A stretch of DNA of 64,000 nucleotides. Source: a virus. The stretch is from positions 32,846 to 96,845 of IMG/VR virus record IMGVR_UViG_3300035698_006641; one strand, given 5' to 3'. A model generated the notes under the pieces. It saw nothing but the letters and a program-made list of their open reading frames with translations. It was not told the origin of the DNA and did no database searches. This document shows positions 9,254 through 18,508 of this stretch, in pieces. The position numbers and the translations under genes were made by a program. Within the stretch, counting starts at the first letter, position 1. The number at the start of each line of letters is the position of its first letter.

Positions 9254-9610
9254 CTAGTAATCATTCCGAAAATCCTCCAAAAGATCGTGTACGAATACTC
9301 CCATAGTGTAGGACCTCGCACGTAACTTTAGTTGAGTTAACGGCAGTTTGTCTGGTGATTTTTTACCAGACCCAATAAAATCATTAGTCGTTCTGTTTTC
9401 GTTCTTCTTGTATTCGACATCTAGTCGATCTTTGTAGAGCGTTTTATATCTATTAGTAGTTACGATCTTGTGAGAAATATTTCTCCAAAAGATCTTTACA
9501 CCAGGGGCTACCCCGGGACTACCAAACAATCCAGCTTGCTCAATAAAGTCACTAGTGTCTGTAGCGTTCGACGCTAGAGCTAATGCACAATATTTTTGGA
9601 TTGGAGACAA
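9254..9610 (-). CDS. hypothetical protein (frame open upstream to an ATA at 9718 with GAGGAG RBS)
   Basis: ORF track plus manual extension. Confidence 0.5.
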   Translation of the reverse strand: MSPIQKYCALALASNATDTSDFIEQAGLFGSPGVAPGVKIFWRNISHKIVTTNRYKTLYKDRLDVEYKKNENRTTNDFIGSGKKSPDKLPLTQLKLRARSYTMGVFVHDLLEDFRNDY

Positions 9611-9806
9611 CTTTAGTTGTTTGTTATTTACAAAGTCCCATCCAGGACTATTTACGAGTATATGAAAGTCTTCCCACTCACTTTCATTATTAATTACTCG
9701 TAATGCTTTTTCTAGTATATCTACTTCTCCTCGTCAGTATTAAACATAAAAAATGGGAACCCAAAAGAGGTTCCCTACATATGTTATTCCAATATATGAG
9801 CGGTAG

Positions 9807-10292
9807 TTAAGTAGAGGTGACTCCAGGTTGGTCCCACGTATTGAAAAGGTTTTTCTTAAGGTAGTTATAACTCGTGTTCTGTAGTTTACTATTAGGAGCG
9901 TTCCATTGTTGTCTAAAGCTGGTTTTAGCATCTTCCATGTTATCACCCCATCCTTTAGTATCAATAGCCCCTAGGATCTTTCTGTGTTTCTTATAGTCTG
10001 GACTAAACCATGCGGCTATATCAGATGCCAGATTGGTACCATCTCCTAGAATCCCGCCTTGCATCCTAACTTTATTATAAGTCCCTTGATTACCAAATAG
10101 CCTCTGCTCAGCCTGACTTCGAGCCACTCTATTTATTATACCACGCATCCAGCTCGTGTCTTGAAACTTAGTAACGAGATTCCTAAGGATTTCCCATTGA
10201 CCACCAGATGCACCTTCAGATAGTCCAGTTTTGACGCTATCTTTTACATCCTGGACCACCCCAGATTCTTTAGTGATAGAGCTTTGGTACAT
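9807..10292 (-). CDS. hypothetical protein, putative virion block
   Basis: coupled (TAATG) to upstream gene. Confidence 0.55.
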   Translation of the reverse strand: MYQSSITKESGVVQDVKDSVKTGLSEGASGGQWEILRNLVTKFQDTSWMRGIINRVARSQAEQRLFGNQGTYNKVRMQGGILGDGTNLASDIAAWFSPDYKKHRKILGAIDTKGWGDNMEDAKTSFRQQWNAPNSKLQNTSYNYLKKNLFNTWDQPGVTST

Positions 10293-11431
10293 TAGAATAT
10301 TTCGCTTAGAGCAGAAGAGGCTCTACCTTTATCAGGAACAGGTAGAATAACATTCCGTGAACCCAAGAATTTACCTGGTTTTTGTTCTATAACAGAATCT
10401 TTATTTCCAGTTTGGAACTTAGTTGACTTAGGAGACTCACGCTCGAAAGAATTAAAAGCATTAATTAGCTTCTCATACTGGGCGTTCTCGGAGGTATCCT
10501 CGCCCATCTTTTTACCAAACCCGTAGAATGGCGGGATTAGACCGGCCCATATAGCCATAAGTATCGGGAGCAAAACCTTAGATGCCGAGTTACCATGGTT
10601 ATCCTTCTCTGCGGCGAACTTCTTAATCTCGCCATCTTCCTGAGACCTATTGTCTGCTACCATTAAGCGGGAAAGCTGTCGTCTCAGATCCTGGTCTCTT
10701 TCATCCATCTTACGGTCTGATATTTTATCGGTAATATTGGTTATCCCGTGTTTGGTACCTTTGTACGCTAGCATAGCTGCGATCACAGCACCCGGTACGG
10801 CTAGCTCTCCACGTTTCCACGGGGAGTACTGATTGTTAGTTAAATCTACGGGGCTATTAGACTCTAGATAGCTACCGATACTCTCTAGGAACCCAGGACC
10901 ATCAGACGATGCTGCCTTGTCGAGGTCCCTGTGTTGCTTACGGCGCTTATTTGCGTAGGGTAGTGTCAGTGCAGCGGCAGTAACTCCACCAGCCTGAAGG
11001 GCGTGTCCAAGCATTCTAGAATAAGACATCCCCATACCTGCCTTACCGTCAGATGGATCGGAGAAATGAGATGCCCCAATCATATTACGGATCTTCTCAA
11101 TAATAGCTAATTTTTTATTAGGATCCAGTTTGCTCAAAGCTCTCTTAAGTCCGCCTTCATCACTGATAAGACCTCTAATGGATTCACTGACATCACTACC
11201 AACAGTTTTATCTACTAAACCCTTTGATACTCCGCCTAACCATTTAGCTACTTGATGAGGAAGGTATTTATCGCCTGATCCAAAAATATCTGCGTTGTTC
11301 ATCCTGCTCTTAAACCAGTCGCGGGTTTCCTCTCCTCCAGGTTTGAAGAAAGCTGAACCTACTAAATCTTCAAACTTCGAAGGTAGATAGTTTATTACCG
11401 GATTATCTAGAACTCCTGAATCTTTTTCCAT
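10292..11431 (-). CDS. putative virion/membrane-associated protein
   Basis: three Gly/Ala-rich hydrophobic segments, two followed by a basic helix and KAA/KFA. Confidence 0.55.
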   Translation of the reverse strand: MEKDSGVLDNPVINYLPSKFEDLVGSAFFKPGGEETRDWFKSRMNNADIFGSGDKYLPHQVAKWLGGVSKGLVDKTVGSDVSESIRGLISDEGGLKRALSKLDPNKKLAIIEKIRNMIGASHFSDPSDGKAGMGMSYSRMLGHALQAGGVTAAALTLPYANKRRKQHRDLDKAASSDGPGFLESIGSYLESNSPVDLTNNQYSPWKRGELAVPGAVIAAMLAYKGTKHGITNITDKISDRKMDERDQDLRRQLSRLMVADNRSQEDGEIKKFAAEKDNHGNSASKVLLPILMAIWAGLIPPFYGFGKKMGEDTSENAQYEKLINAFNSFERESPKSTKFQTGNKDSVIEQKPGKFLGSRNVILPVPDKGRASSALSEIF

Positions 11432-11745
11432 TACTTTTCCTCTTGAACTAAAGCGTATTTACGCCATTCTGCGTAAGCTCTCATCGATAGACTAGCCTCA
11501 TCCCAGTGTCTGGAAAGGAAAACTATTTCGAGCTTCTTGTTTGCGGCACCATCCAACAATTTGGTGTAATCTTTTAAATCTTCTTCGTCACTTAGATCGA
11601 AGGTACGTACTGTTACCCCCGTACTAGTTAAAACTAAAGCACTCTCATCTTTACGCAAAAGAGGATTAGAGACACTCTGTTCTTCGAGTTGGACGCTGGA
11701 CATAAAAGTTTGAGGCTTTATATATTTATCTTTAGCGACCGTCAT
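11431..11745 (-). CDS. hypothetical protein
   Basis: coupled ORF in portal block. Confidence 0.6.
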   Translation of the reverse strand: MTVAKDKYIKPQTFMSSVQLEEQSVSNPLLRKDESALVLTSTGVTVRTFDLSDEEDLKDYTKLLDGAANKKLEIVFLSRHWDEASLSMRAYAEWRKYALVQEEK

Positions 11746-11746
11746 T

Positions 11747-11965
11747 TTATACTGCCTGTATTGAATCTATTGCTTCTTGTATCATTGCTAGTTTCTTTTC
11801 TCTTGCAGCAAAATCCTTATCCTTGGATAGCTTGCTTTTAGCTTGAGCTTGTAGATGACCTACGTATGCAGCTAGAGCTGGAACGCCAATAAACGTACCT
11901 CCTACTACTAGCGGAAGTAGCCCCTTTGGAAGTATCCCCTGTACACCTGCTGATTTTATTTCCAT
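11747..11965 (-). CDS. small membrane-type protein
   Basis: MEIKSAG start, one hydrophobic helix. Confidence 0.55.
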   Translation of the reverse strand: MEIKSAGVQGILPKGLLPLVVGGTFIGVPALAAYVGHLQAQAKSKLSKDKDFAAREKKLAMIQEAIDSIQAV

Positions 11966-12336
11966 ATTCCAGATCCTCTTAACATTCCTGCTAGTGCTCC
12001 AACATTCTGCACTTTATTCATAGTACTCTTACTTAATCCGCCGAACACTCCACCCAAGACTGTGCCTAAATACTTAGCTGTTACTCCGCCTAACCCGGCA
12101 CCAACGGCACCCCTAACAATATCATTGGTAGTAATAGACCCTCTCAATGAATTAGTAGAAGAAGAAGCACCACCATACAACATACGAATAGTATCGCTTT
12201 TCTGCAAAGGGGTCAAGAATGGATCACCCATTATGCGACTTGTAGAGTCTCCAATATTAACAAATTGTCCATAACGAGATACCTTAAACATACCCACCTC
12301 CGCTATGAGCCAAAGCCTTTTCATCTGCTTTAGCAT
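11956..12336 (-). CDS. Gly-rich hydrophobic protein
   Basis: GAVGAGLGG, GTVLGGVFGG GxxxG repeats. Confidence 0.55.
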   Translation of the reverse strand: MLKQMKRLWLIAEVGMFKVSRYGQFVNIGDSTSRIMGDPFLTPLQKSDTIRMLYGGASSSTNSLRGSITTNDIVRGAVGAGLGGVTAKYLGTVLGGVFGGLSKSTMNKVQNVGALAGMLRGSGIWK

Positions 12337-12790
12337 TATCCATTTTTTTAATCAATGGATGGCGTGCTTTGTTTTGAAAGTAATTAATTGGAGCAAGGTC
12401 ACTGTAGTCTAGACTATCAGGCTTCTTATAACCTGATGGGAGTGTTCCAGCCCCCTGTACAGATCGTAGATACTTTTTAATATACCCTGGGCTATTCTCT
12501 TGATATTTAAGTTGGCTTGTTGGTAACAAAAGTCCCTTTGAAAAACCGTACCGTCCAATATTTTTAGCTACTCCGGTATTAGACAAAGCTCCGAATATGA
12601 AAGGAGAAGCAGCACCAACCAAACCCATGAGTGCCGGATTAACTCCGTACCCTTGTTTCTTAGCCATCCCTCCGGCCAAAGCCAATCCTCCACCGGCTAA
12701 GAGACTTATCCCTAGCTCTTTCAAGATAGGGTACTCTCTAAGGAGAGACTGCATTTTACTCATTGTAGATTCAGTGACTGGTTGATTCAT
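12284..12790 (-). CDS. Gly-rich membrane-type protein
   Basis: two hydrophobic GxxxG helices; coupled to putative portal. Confidence 0.55.
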   Translation of the reverse strand: MNQPVTESTMSKMQSLLREYPILKELGISLLAGGGLALAGGMAKKQGYGVNPALMGLVGAASPFIFGALSNTGVAKNIGRYGFSKGLLLPTSQLKYQENSPGYIKKYLRSVQGAGTLPSGYKKPDSLDYSDLAPINYFQNKARHPLIKKMDNAKADEKALAHSGGGYV

Positions 12791-14598
12791 TAAACGGGTC
12801 CTCCTCCTGCAAGCTGCTGTGTGGCTTGACTTTTAACTTGTCCTCTAATTTGTTCCATTTTAGCTTTAACCAATGCATGAAGTTCTTGATCGCTTTCACG
12901 TAGATTCTTCATTTCAGTCATTCTCGGACCATGTGGCATAGATACCAATTGCTGGGCCAGCTGATCAACTTGTTGAGCACGCTCAGTAACAGATCCAGAC
13001 GGGCCTATATTCAGGGCTGACTGGGGTCCTGCAACAGGCCCACCAGCTGCTCCAGCAGCCATACTAGGATCACCTACAGCTCCCGCAGGCATCATACCTT
13101 GTCCGGCCAGCATACCTTGTACCTGCATTTGCTCATCAGTTTCCTTTTGAAAATCAGCTTGTGCTTCTTGTTCGGCCCGCATTTCATTAATAATCTGCTC
13201 CTGTTCTTCTTGAGGATCGATTCCCCAAGTACCAAAAGCAGTTCTCTTTGATACCATGTTCGATGAGGCTAATTGTAATAGAAGCTGTCTTCGTTCCAAG
13301 TCATCCGCTAGTGTTACTTTTTTAAATCCAATTGAGGTCGGCGTTTCCCAGTTCATGTACTTCGTAGTGGACTGAACTACAAACTTTAGCCACCCATTAA
13401 GAAAACTGGTTATCTCCGGCCATGACTGTTGCAAAACTCTAAGAGCCATAGGAGCAGCTTGCAAAGATATAGAACCCCTGTATAGCTCTGGAGCGATTCC
13501 AATACCGGATAAGAGTTCATCGATACCTTGCATGATGAGCTCTGGAGTAGCCATTGTACCTTCGCCGCTAATAGCCTGATAGTTCATAGGTATCGGGGAG
13601 AAGTTCCAAGATGTAGGGTTTTCTCTATGCCTGGCAACCATGTTGGCTACGGAGCTATTAACTAACTCGCTATCAACCGATGCCATCCATGGACCCTGGT
13701 TGTCTGTAGGCTGAGATGAAGGAGACAGCAGTCGAAATGGGACCATGTAGTCCTGTGCTAACGAAGAGTTAGCTTTCTTAAGTGTCTGTACATAAAATGC
13801 TTGAGAGAAATTAGACATGATTTTAGGCATACCATATCCCTGTAGATTAACAGAAGCTAGTGTATCCTCGGCAGCATAATGTACGAAATCATTGTTGAAT
13901 AGGAAAAGTTTATCCTCAGCAATAGTAGACAGGAACTCCAACGGTAAGTCCTTCACTATGAATTGGTCTCCTGCCTTAACTTTCTGTCTGAGGTCCACGG
14001 GTATATCCCAGTAGACATCGGCGCGTCCGGAGTACGGGTGATAGCGTACAGATATGTCGTAAGGGGACCAACGTTGCATTGTGATTCGGTCTTTATCAAA
14101 AGACTTGCGGTCAACAACTTTCATCTTTCCTTTAAACCCACACTGACATGCAGCTACAAAATCAGAACCACCTTCGAAGGACCAAGACATATTATCTATG
14201 TATCGTTCTGAGTGGCATTTTGGGCATCTAAGGAATCTATTAAACGGGAATATCATAGAGCTAGCGGTCATCCCACAGGAAATCAAATCATCACCAACAG
14301 CAGCAGCATTGCGTGTTACATTGAATGTTGATGTTAGATACTCCTGTAAGTCCTTACGTTGCTCTTCAGCTTGAGTAAACTCAGGCTCGGTTATGAAGTA
14401 CCTAATGATACGTTCAGCCGCGGAACGATAGACTCCGTGCTTTAACCAGAACATGGTGCATAAATCCAAGGTCTCTTTTAGAGAATTTGGCAGCATAGCA
14501 CTTCCAATATCTAAAAAAGGGGACGGGTATTCCCCCTCCTTATTGGAGAGGCCCGCAGAAATTCCATTCTTAAAAATCGTATCAGTTACTGCGGCCAT
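12790..14598 (-). CDS. putative portal protein
   Basis: 602 aa; overall organisation of phage portals (GxP motif GYGMPKI, helical core, low-complexity Q/G/A tail); CPKC..CQC insertion; not confirmed by search. Confidence 0.5.
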   Translation of the reverse strand: MAAVTDTIFKNGISAGLSNKEGEYPSPFLDIGSAMLPNSLKETLDLCTMFWLKHGVYRSAAERIIRYFITEPEFTQAEEQRKDLQEYLTSTFNVTRNAAAVGDDLISCGMTASSMIFPFNRFLRCPKCHSERYIDNMSWSFEGGSDFVAACQCGFKGKMKVVDRKSFDKDRITMQRWSPYDISVRYHPYSGRADVYWDIPVDLRQKVKAGDQFIVKDLPLEFLSTIAEDKLFLFNNDFVHYAAEDTLASVNLQGYGMPKIMSNFSQAFYVQTLKKANSSLAQDYMVPFRLLSPSSQPTDNQGPWMASVDSELVNSSVANMVARHRENPTSWNFSPIPMNYQAISGEGTMATPELIMQGIDELLSGIGIAPELYRGSISLQAAPMALRVLQQSWPEITSFLNGWLKFVVQSTTKYMNWETPTSIGFKKVTLADDLERRQLLLQLASSNMVSKRTAFGTWGIDPQEEQEQIINEMRAEQEAQADFQKETDEQMQVQGMLAGQGMMPAGAVGDPSMAAGAAGGPVAGPQSALNIGPSGSVTERAQQVDQLAQQLVSMPHGPRMTEMKNLRESDQELHALVKAKMEQIRGQVKSQATQQLAGGGPV

Positions 14599-14728
14599 TA
14601 GAATCCTTTTTTTCTTTTAGTTTCAAGCAGTCGCCACATAGGGCTTCCTTGTTCCTAATCTTAACAGAAGCTGCTCCGCATATTACACACGGAGTCAGCC
14701 CTGGTTTAATTTTTCCTATTTTTATCAC
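14582..14728 (-). CDS. 48-aa Zn-finger protein (not in ORF track)
   Basis: GTG start, MIKIGKIKPGLTPCVICG...LCGDC; overlaps portal start. Confidence 0.45.
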   Translation of the reverse strand: MIKIGKIKPGLTPCVICGAASVKIRNKEALCGDCLKLKEKKDSNGRSN

Positions 14729-14770
14729 AGAATCAATAATAGCGTCTGTTCAATAATAAGGCAACCTATT

Positions 14771-15391
14771 TTAGCCTTCGCTATCATCGGTTAAAATGAA
14801 CACGTAGTACTGTAGCTCAGACTTAAAGCTTTGATTACCGTAAAAAGCATTATACGAGTCGCCTTCGATAACTATCTCGTACATACCTCCTGGTAGGATC
14901 ATTGGGTTCTCATTAGAGGTTCCGATAGCCAGTGTAGATACAGTGTTAACGGGCGGTGAGACTATCGCAGTATCCCAGCCTGCAGAAAACAAGAACCCGG
15001 AGTCATGCTTGAGAGAGACATTAACTAACTCAGAAGCATTGTTTGAGGGTTTCTGTACAGGGGGTTGAGCGGACCTAGGACGGCCAATTGAGGCCCCTAC
15101 GCTATCAACCTCTTCAGCTTCCTCTGGGCTTAACTGTTGTTGAGGAATAACAGGAGTAGGCGTAACAGCAGGAGTCGAAGCCTCCAAGTCAACATGGACA
15201 ATTGACTCATTAGGTCCAGCTGTCACTGTGTTGACTGTCATTTTATGTTGTTCACCATCTTGTCTAGGTGACTCCCTGGACCCTGAAACACTTGGAAGAG
15301 TCAACATACTACCGTCTTCCTCATACCCCCCACGTACTACTTTTACACCCCCGCCTACATCAACAGCGCCACTCGGTATTGCCTCACTCAT
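14771..15391 (-). CDS. hypothetical protein, Pro-rich linker
   Basis: ORF, ATGA-coupled. Confidence 0.6.
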   Translation of the reverse strand: MSEAIPSGAVDVGGGVKVVRGGYEEDGSMLTLPSVSGSRESPRQDGEQHKMTVNTVTAGPNESIVHVDLEASTPAVTPTPVIPQQQLSPEEAEEVDSVGASIGRPRSAQPPVQKPSNNASELVNVSLKHDSGFLFSAGWDTAIVSPPVNTVSTLAIGTSNENPMILPGGMYEIVIEGDSYNAFYGNQSFKSELQYYVFILTDDSEG

Positions 15392-15699
15392 TTTACATCT
15401 TTCTGGTTGTAACGACGCTTTCTATACTTTGGGGTTTTGTGCATAACAGTGGCGTCGTTAAACTCTTTGTCGCATTCTTCTGATCCGGAGATAGTCAGTA
15501 TCGATAAAGGACATTCTTCTCCGTCCTGCACCTCACCGAAGGAGTCTGACGTTGGAACTTCCACTACGACCTCCCCATCGGCATCCTCGAACGTCTTTGA
15601 TCCTCCACGGACCACAAACGTATCGTCTCCAATATCTTCTGCATCTTTTGGTATATCATCTTTATTCATTTTGATTGTCCCTCTTTGTAAGTAACTCAT
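15388..15699 (-). CDS. acidic hypothetical protein
   Basis: ORF. Confidence 0.5.
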   Translation of the reverse strand: MSYLQRGTIKMNKDDIPKDAEDIGDDTFVVRGGSKTFEDADGEVVVEVPTSDSFGEVQDGEECPLSILTISGSEECDKEFNDATVMHKTPKYRKRRYNQKDVK

Positions 15700-16330
15700 C
15701 CACGAGTTCTCGGTATGCTACAGCCTCCTCATAGGATTTATAGCACTCTTTTGTAAACTCTTTTATTGGTTGTTTTCGTACCGGAGTTAGCTTACATTCC
15801 TCAGGTACCCATGTTTTCTTGAATAGGTCTTTAGGTTTCACCTTTTGAATAAACACACCTTGAGTGTTAAACACCCATGCGGATTTTATTCCAAAAGTGA
15901 TACCAGACGTATTATTCTTTCCACTGTTAAAGTCCCCCTTAACGTCAATGTACAGTGGATTATCACCATCAATAAGAAATACGTCAGGGTAATAATGTAG
16001 CATCTCTGGTGCGAACTGTATCACGTAGTCTGGGGTGTATACGTACCGCCCAACCTTATTCACCTCACGGCTGGTTAGTGTTATAAATGGATAACGTTTT
16101 AAGAACTTATACTTTTTACGGATCATTGGAACGGCTTCACACAGTTCAAATGTTCTCGGTTGGTAATAAAATTCCTCAACTAGACCAGCGTTAATGGCTT
16201 CAATAAGCCACTTATAAACCGAGATCTCTTCGTTCGAGTCGAACTCAATTCCGTTATATTCCTTTATTTGCTTTTTCTTCAATTTAGTTATTGCTTTTCC
16301 TTTTCTGGCATGATAACGTGCCGACTTCAA
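15662..16330 (-). CDS. PD-(D/E)XK endonuclease (DUF1064-like)
   Basis: YNGIEFDSNEE, YTPDYVI, YIDVKG motifs. Confidence 0.7.
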   Translation of the reverse strand: MKSARYHARKGKAITKLKKKQIKEYNGIEFDSNEEISVYKWLIEAINAGLVEEFYYQPRTFELCEAVPMIRKKYKFLKRYPFITLTSREVNKVGRYVYTPDYVIQFAPEMLHYYPDVFLIDGDNPLYIDVKGDFNSGKNNTSGITFGIKSAWVFNTQGVFIQKVKPKDLFKKTWVPEECKLTPVRKQPIKEFTKECYKSYEEAVAYRELVDELLTKRDNQNE

Positions 16331-16353
16331 TCACATTAACGAAAGAGAAAATA

Positions 16354-16608
16354 ATGAATGAAGAAACCATACTACCATTGTTAATCCAAGAACTATCTGC
16401 TGAATCAGAGATTCCAATTCAAGAGATACACCGACAATCAAATCTTGAGAAAGATCTTGGGTTATCGGATGAATCTCTTGAGTTTATGTTAGTCTCGCTT
16501 CAAGATATTATCCCTGGAGATTTTGATCTCAGTTCAATCCACCTCGTCGAGGAGTGCGGGACCGTTGAGGGGATCTTGGATGCCATCGTAGACCTCATAC
16601 TCTCTTAG
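16354..16608 (+). CDS. acyl-carrier-protein-like acidic protein
   Basis: 84 aa from ATG 16354; SNLEKDLGLSDES resembles ACP DLGxDSL; TVEGILDAI resembles ACP TVxDxxDYI. Confidence 0.55.
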   Translation: MNEETILPLLIQELSAESEIPIQEIHRQSNLEKDLGLSDESLEFMLVSLQDIIPGDFDLSSIHLVEECGTVEGILDAIVDLILS

Positions 16609-16785
16609 TCCTGGAGGCATACCGGCATAAAGGCCGTAACCTACTACAGCAACGGCTGTCTTAACTGCACCTAGGGTCGTAACTATGCGGCCCTCTTTTG
16701 CGTCATAGGCCTGTTTTAACTTAGCCTTCCGATTAATGCATGTACCCGTTATGGCATCAATGCACTTTTTAATGTGATTACTCAT
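16534..16785 (-). CDS. hypothetical protein
   Basis: ATGA-coupled ORF; 3' end overlaps the ACP-like gene. Confidence 0.4.
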   Translation of the reverse strand: MSNHIKKCIDAITGTCINRKAKLKQAYDAKEGRIVTTLGAVKTAVAVVGYGLYAGMPPGLREYEVYDGIQDPLNGPALLDEVD

Positions 16786-17147
16786 ACTATAGTCTTTCTA
16801 TTAGCTTTGTGGATCTCTAGTCTTCTTTTATTAACTTCTTTCATTCTAAAGTCAACGAACTCACCGTTACGGCGCATAATCTCCTGTTGAGATCTTGCCT
16901 CAGCAGCAGCGCCCATAAGCATATCGTAAAGCTCTTTTACTTGACGGTGACTTATAATGTTTTCTAGTCTCAAATGGCCAATAGCCTCGGCCCTATCAAG
17001 AGCTTCATCTACAGTCATTGAATTTGCTCTAGTAACATTGTTTTCTCTCAACGTTATGAGTACTTCTCCGTTATAAGCCTCAACGGAGTGTATCAAAGAG
17101 AAGAAATCAACTGACACTTTCTTGTATCTCCGATTGAGCTTTAACAA
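16782..17147 (-). CDS. hypothetical protein
   Basis: ORF. Confidence 0.55.
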   Translation of the reverse strand: MLKLNRRYKKVSVDFFSLIHSVEAYNGEVLITLRENNVTRANSMTVDEALDRAEAIGHLRLENIISHRQVKELYDMLMGAAAEARSQQEIMRRNGEFVDFRMKEVNKRRLEIHKANRKTIV

Positions 17148-17796
17148 CCGCCCTCAATCTACTTTTTAGAGCAATGGATGTCGGTTTAGTAACAAACCCT
17201 AACTCCCCTGTCTTAAAGTTGATTTGTGGTTGGAGTTCACCGCGTAACGTGAAAGGAAGAAAAATGCGTACACGCATTAAGTTATCATCACTCTCACCGA
17301 TCTTTAGTTTTCGAACTGGATCCTGGATCATTGCATCTTGATAAGTAATACCAAAAAGTTTTCCATCTCTGCTTAGAGCCTGAGAGCACATAAAGTCTGT
17401 TAGGTTCTCAAGGTACTCTTTTCCGACTGCATGAAATGAATCATTCCATGTACCCACAACTGTATTACCATGTAGTACATCAAGACCCTTGGCAAACTGT
17501 GGAGTTTTAATCGTAAGGAACTGTATGTCTTCTACTTCACCAGCGTACTGGTCAAGGAAGGAGTAGGGGACCTGTATGGTTACATACACAGGACCCATCA
17601 TGAAGAAAGCTACGTCAGGGATGTCCTTGACGCAACTAACTTCAAATACCTCGTCTGTATCTGCGGCTTTAAGTTGGAGATCTTCCGTTTGGAAAATTCT
17701 ACCCTCCCTATAGTCCTTGCAAAGTTTTAAGGTATCCTTCTCAAAAGACAGCATCTCGGCAACAAACTGCTCGGGGTTAACTGTCTCCTTAGACAT
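17107..17796 (-). CDS. hypothetical protein
   Basis: ORF, TAATG-coupled. Confidence 0.6.
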   Translation of the reverse strand: MSKETVNPEQFVAEMLSFEKDTLKLCKDYREGRIFQTEDLQLKAADTDEVFEVSCVKDIPDVAFFMMGPVYVTIQVPYSFLDQYAGEVEDIQFLTIKTPQFAKGLDVLHGNTVVGTWNDSFHAVGKEYLENLTDFMCSQALSRDGKLFGITYQDAMIQDPVRKLKIGESDDNLMRVRIFLPFTLRGELQPQINFKTGELGFVTKPTSIALKSRLRAVVKAQSEIQESVS

Positions 17797-18227
17797 TACA
17801 CGCTCTCCGGGTCTGTTCCGTCTTCGGGAGTATCTTCACCAGGCTGTTCGTTGTCTTCAGGATTTCTGTCCTTAGACTCTTCTTTGCTTGTGACGGAAGC
17901 AGCTGCTTCGAGTCCCAATTTTGCGAAGTGAGTCATGATAATCTGGAGTACATTAAAGATACGATATTTTATGTTTTCCAGGTTGAACTGTCCTTGAGCC
18001 TCTAGCATGTCACCAACGGTCTTCTGAGCTTCCTCTAAAGAATCCGGTGCCTCTAGGGCAATATGCTGCAAAGCATAACTACGAAGCATCTCAGACGTCA
18101 TAAGAGTATCCAGCATAGCCATCCCGAAGGGGGACAGCTCAATACCATCTATTTTGTTAAGATCAGCGATTACTTCTTTTTTTGCACCCACAGTATTTCC
18201 TTGTGAGTCTACTAATTGTTGTACCAT
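17796..18227 (-). CDS. hypothetical protein
   Basis: ORF with GAGG RBS. Confidence 0.6.
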   Translation of the reverse strand: MVQQLVDSQGNTVGAKKEVIADLNKIDGIELSPFGMAMLDTLMTSEMLRSYALQHIALEAPDSLEEAQKTVGDMLEAQGQFNLENIKYRIFNVLQIIMTHFAKLGLEAAASVTSKEESKDRNPEDNEQPGEDTPEDGTDPESV

Positions 18228-18230
18228 ATG

Positions 18231-18503
18231 TTATTTTTCCTCTTGTTGTTGTTGTTCAATTTTGTTTTCTTGTTCTTCTGTCGGCCAGTATGAAATCCAT
18301 CTAGCACTACGGTGAGCGAAATCACCTGTGTTGCAAAAGTCGATCACCCAACATGACTCCATCCACCTTGTTTGATGGGTTTTAGAGTACGGACCGCCTA
18401 GCGGCAGACGTATTGGGAATATAGCAAATAGTTTCCTATACTTTTCGTCACCGCGAACCGCTGGAACTTCAGCAGGTGGAGATTTTCTCACTTTTCCTCT
18501 CAT
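18231..18503 (-). CDS. hypothetical protein
   Basis: ORF. Confidence 0.5.
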   Translation of the reverse strand: MRGKVRKSPPAEVPAVRGDEKYRKLFAIFPIRLPLGGPYSKTHQTRWMESCWVIDFCNTGDFAHRSARWISYWPTEEQENKIEQQQQEEK

Positions 18504-18508
18504 ACACT

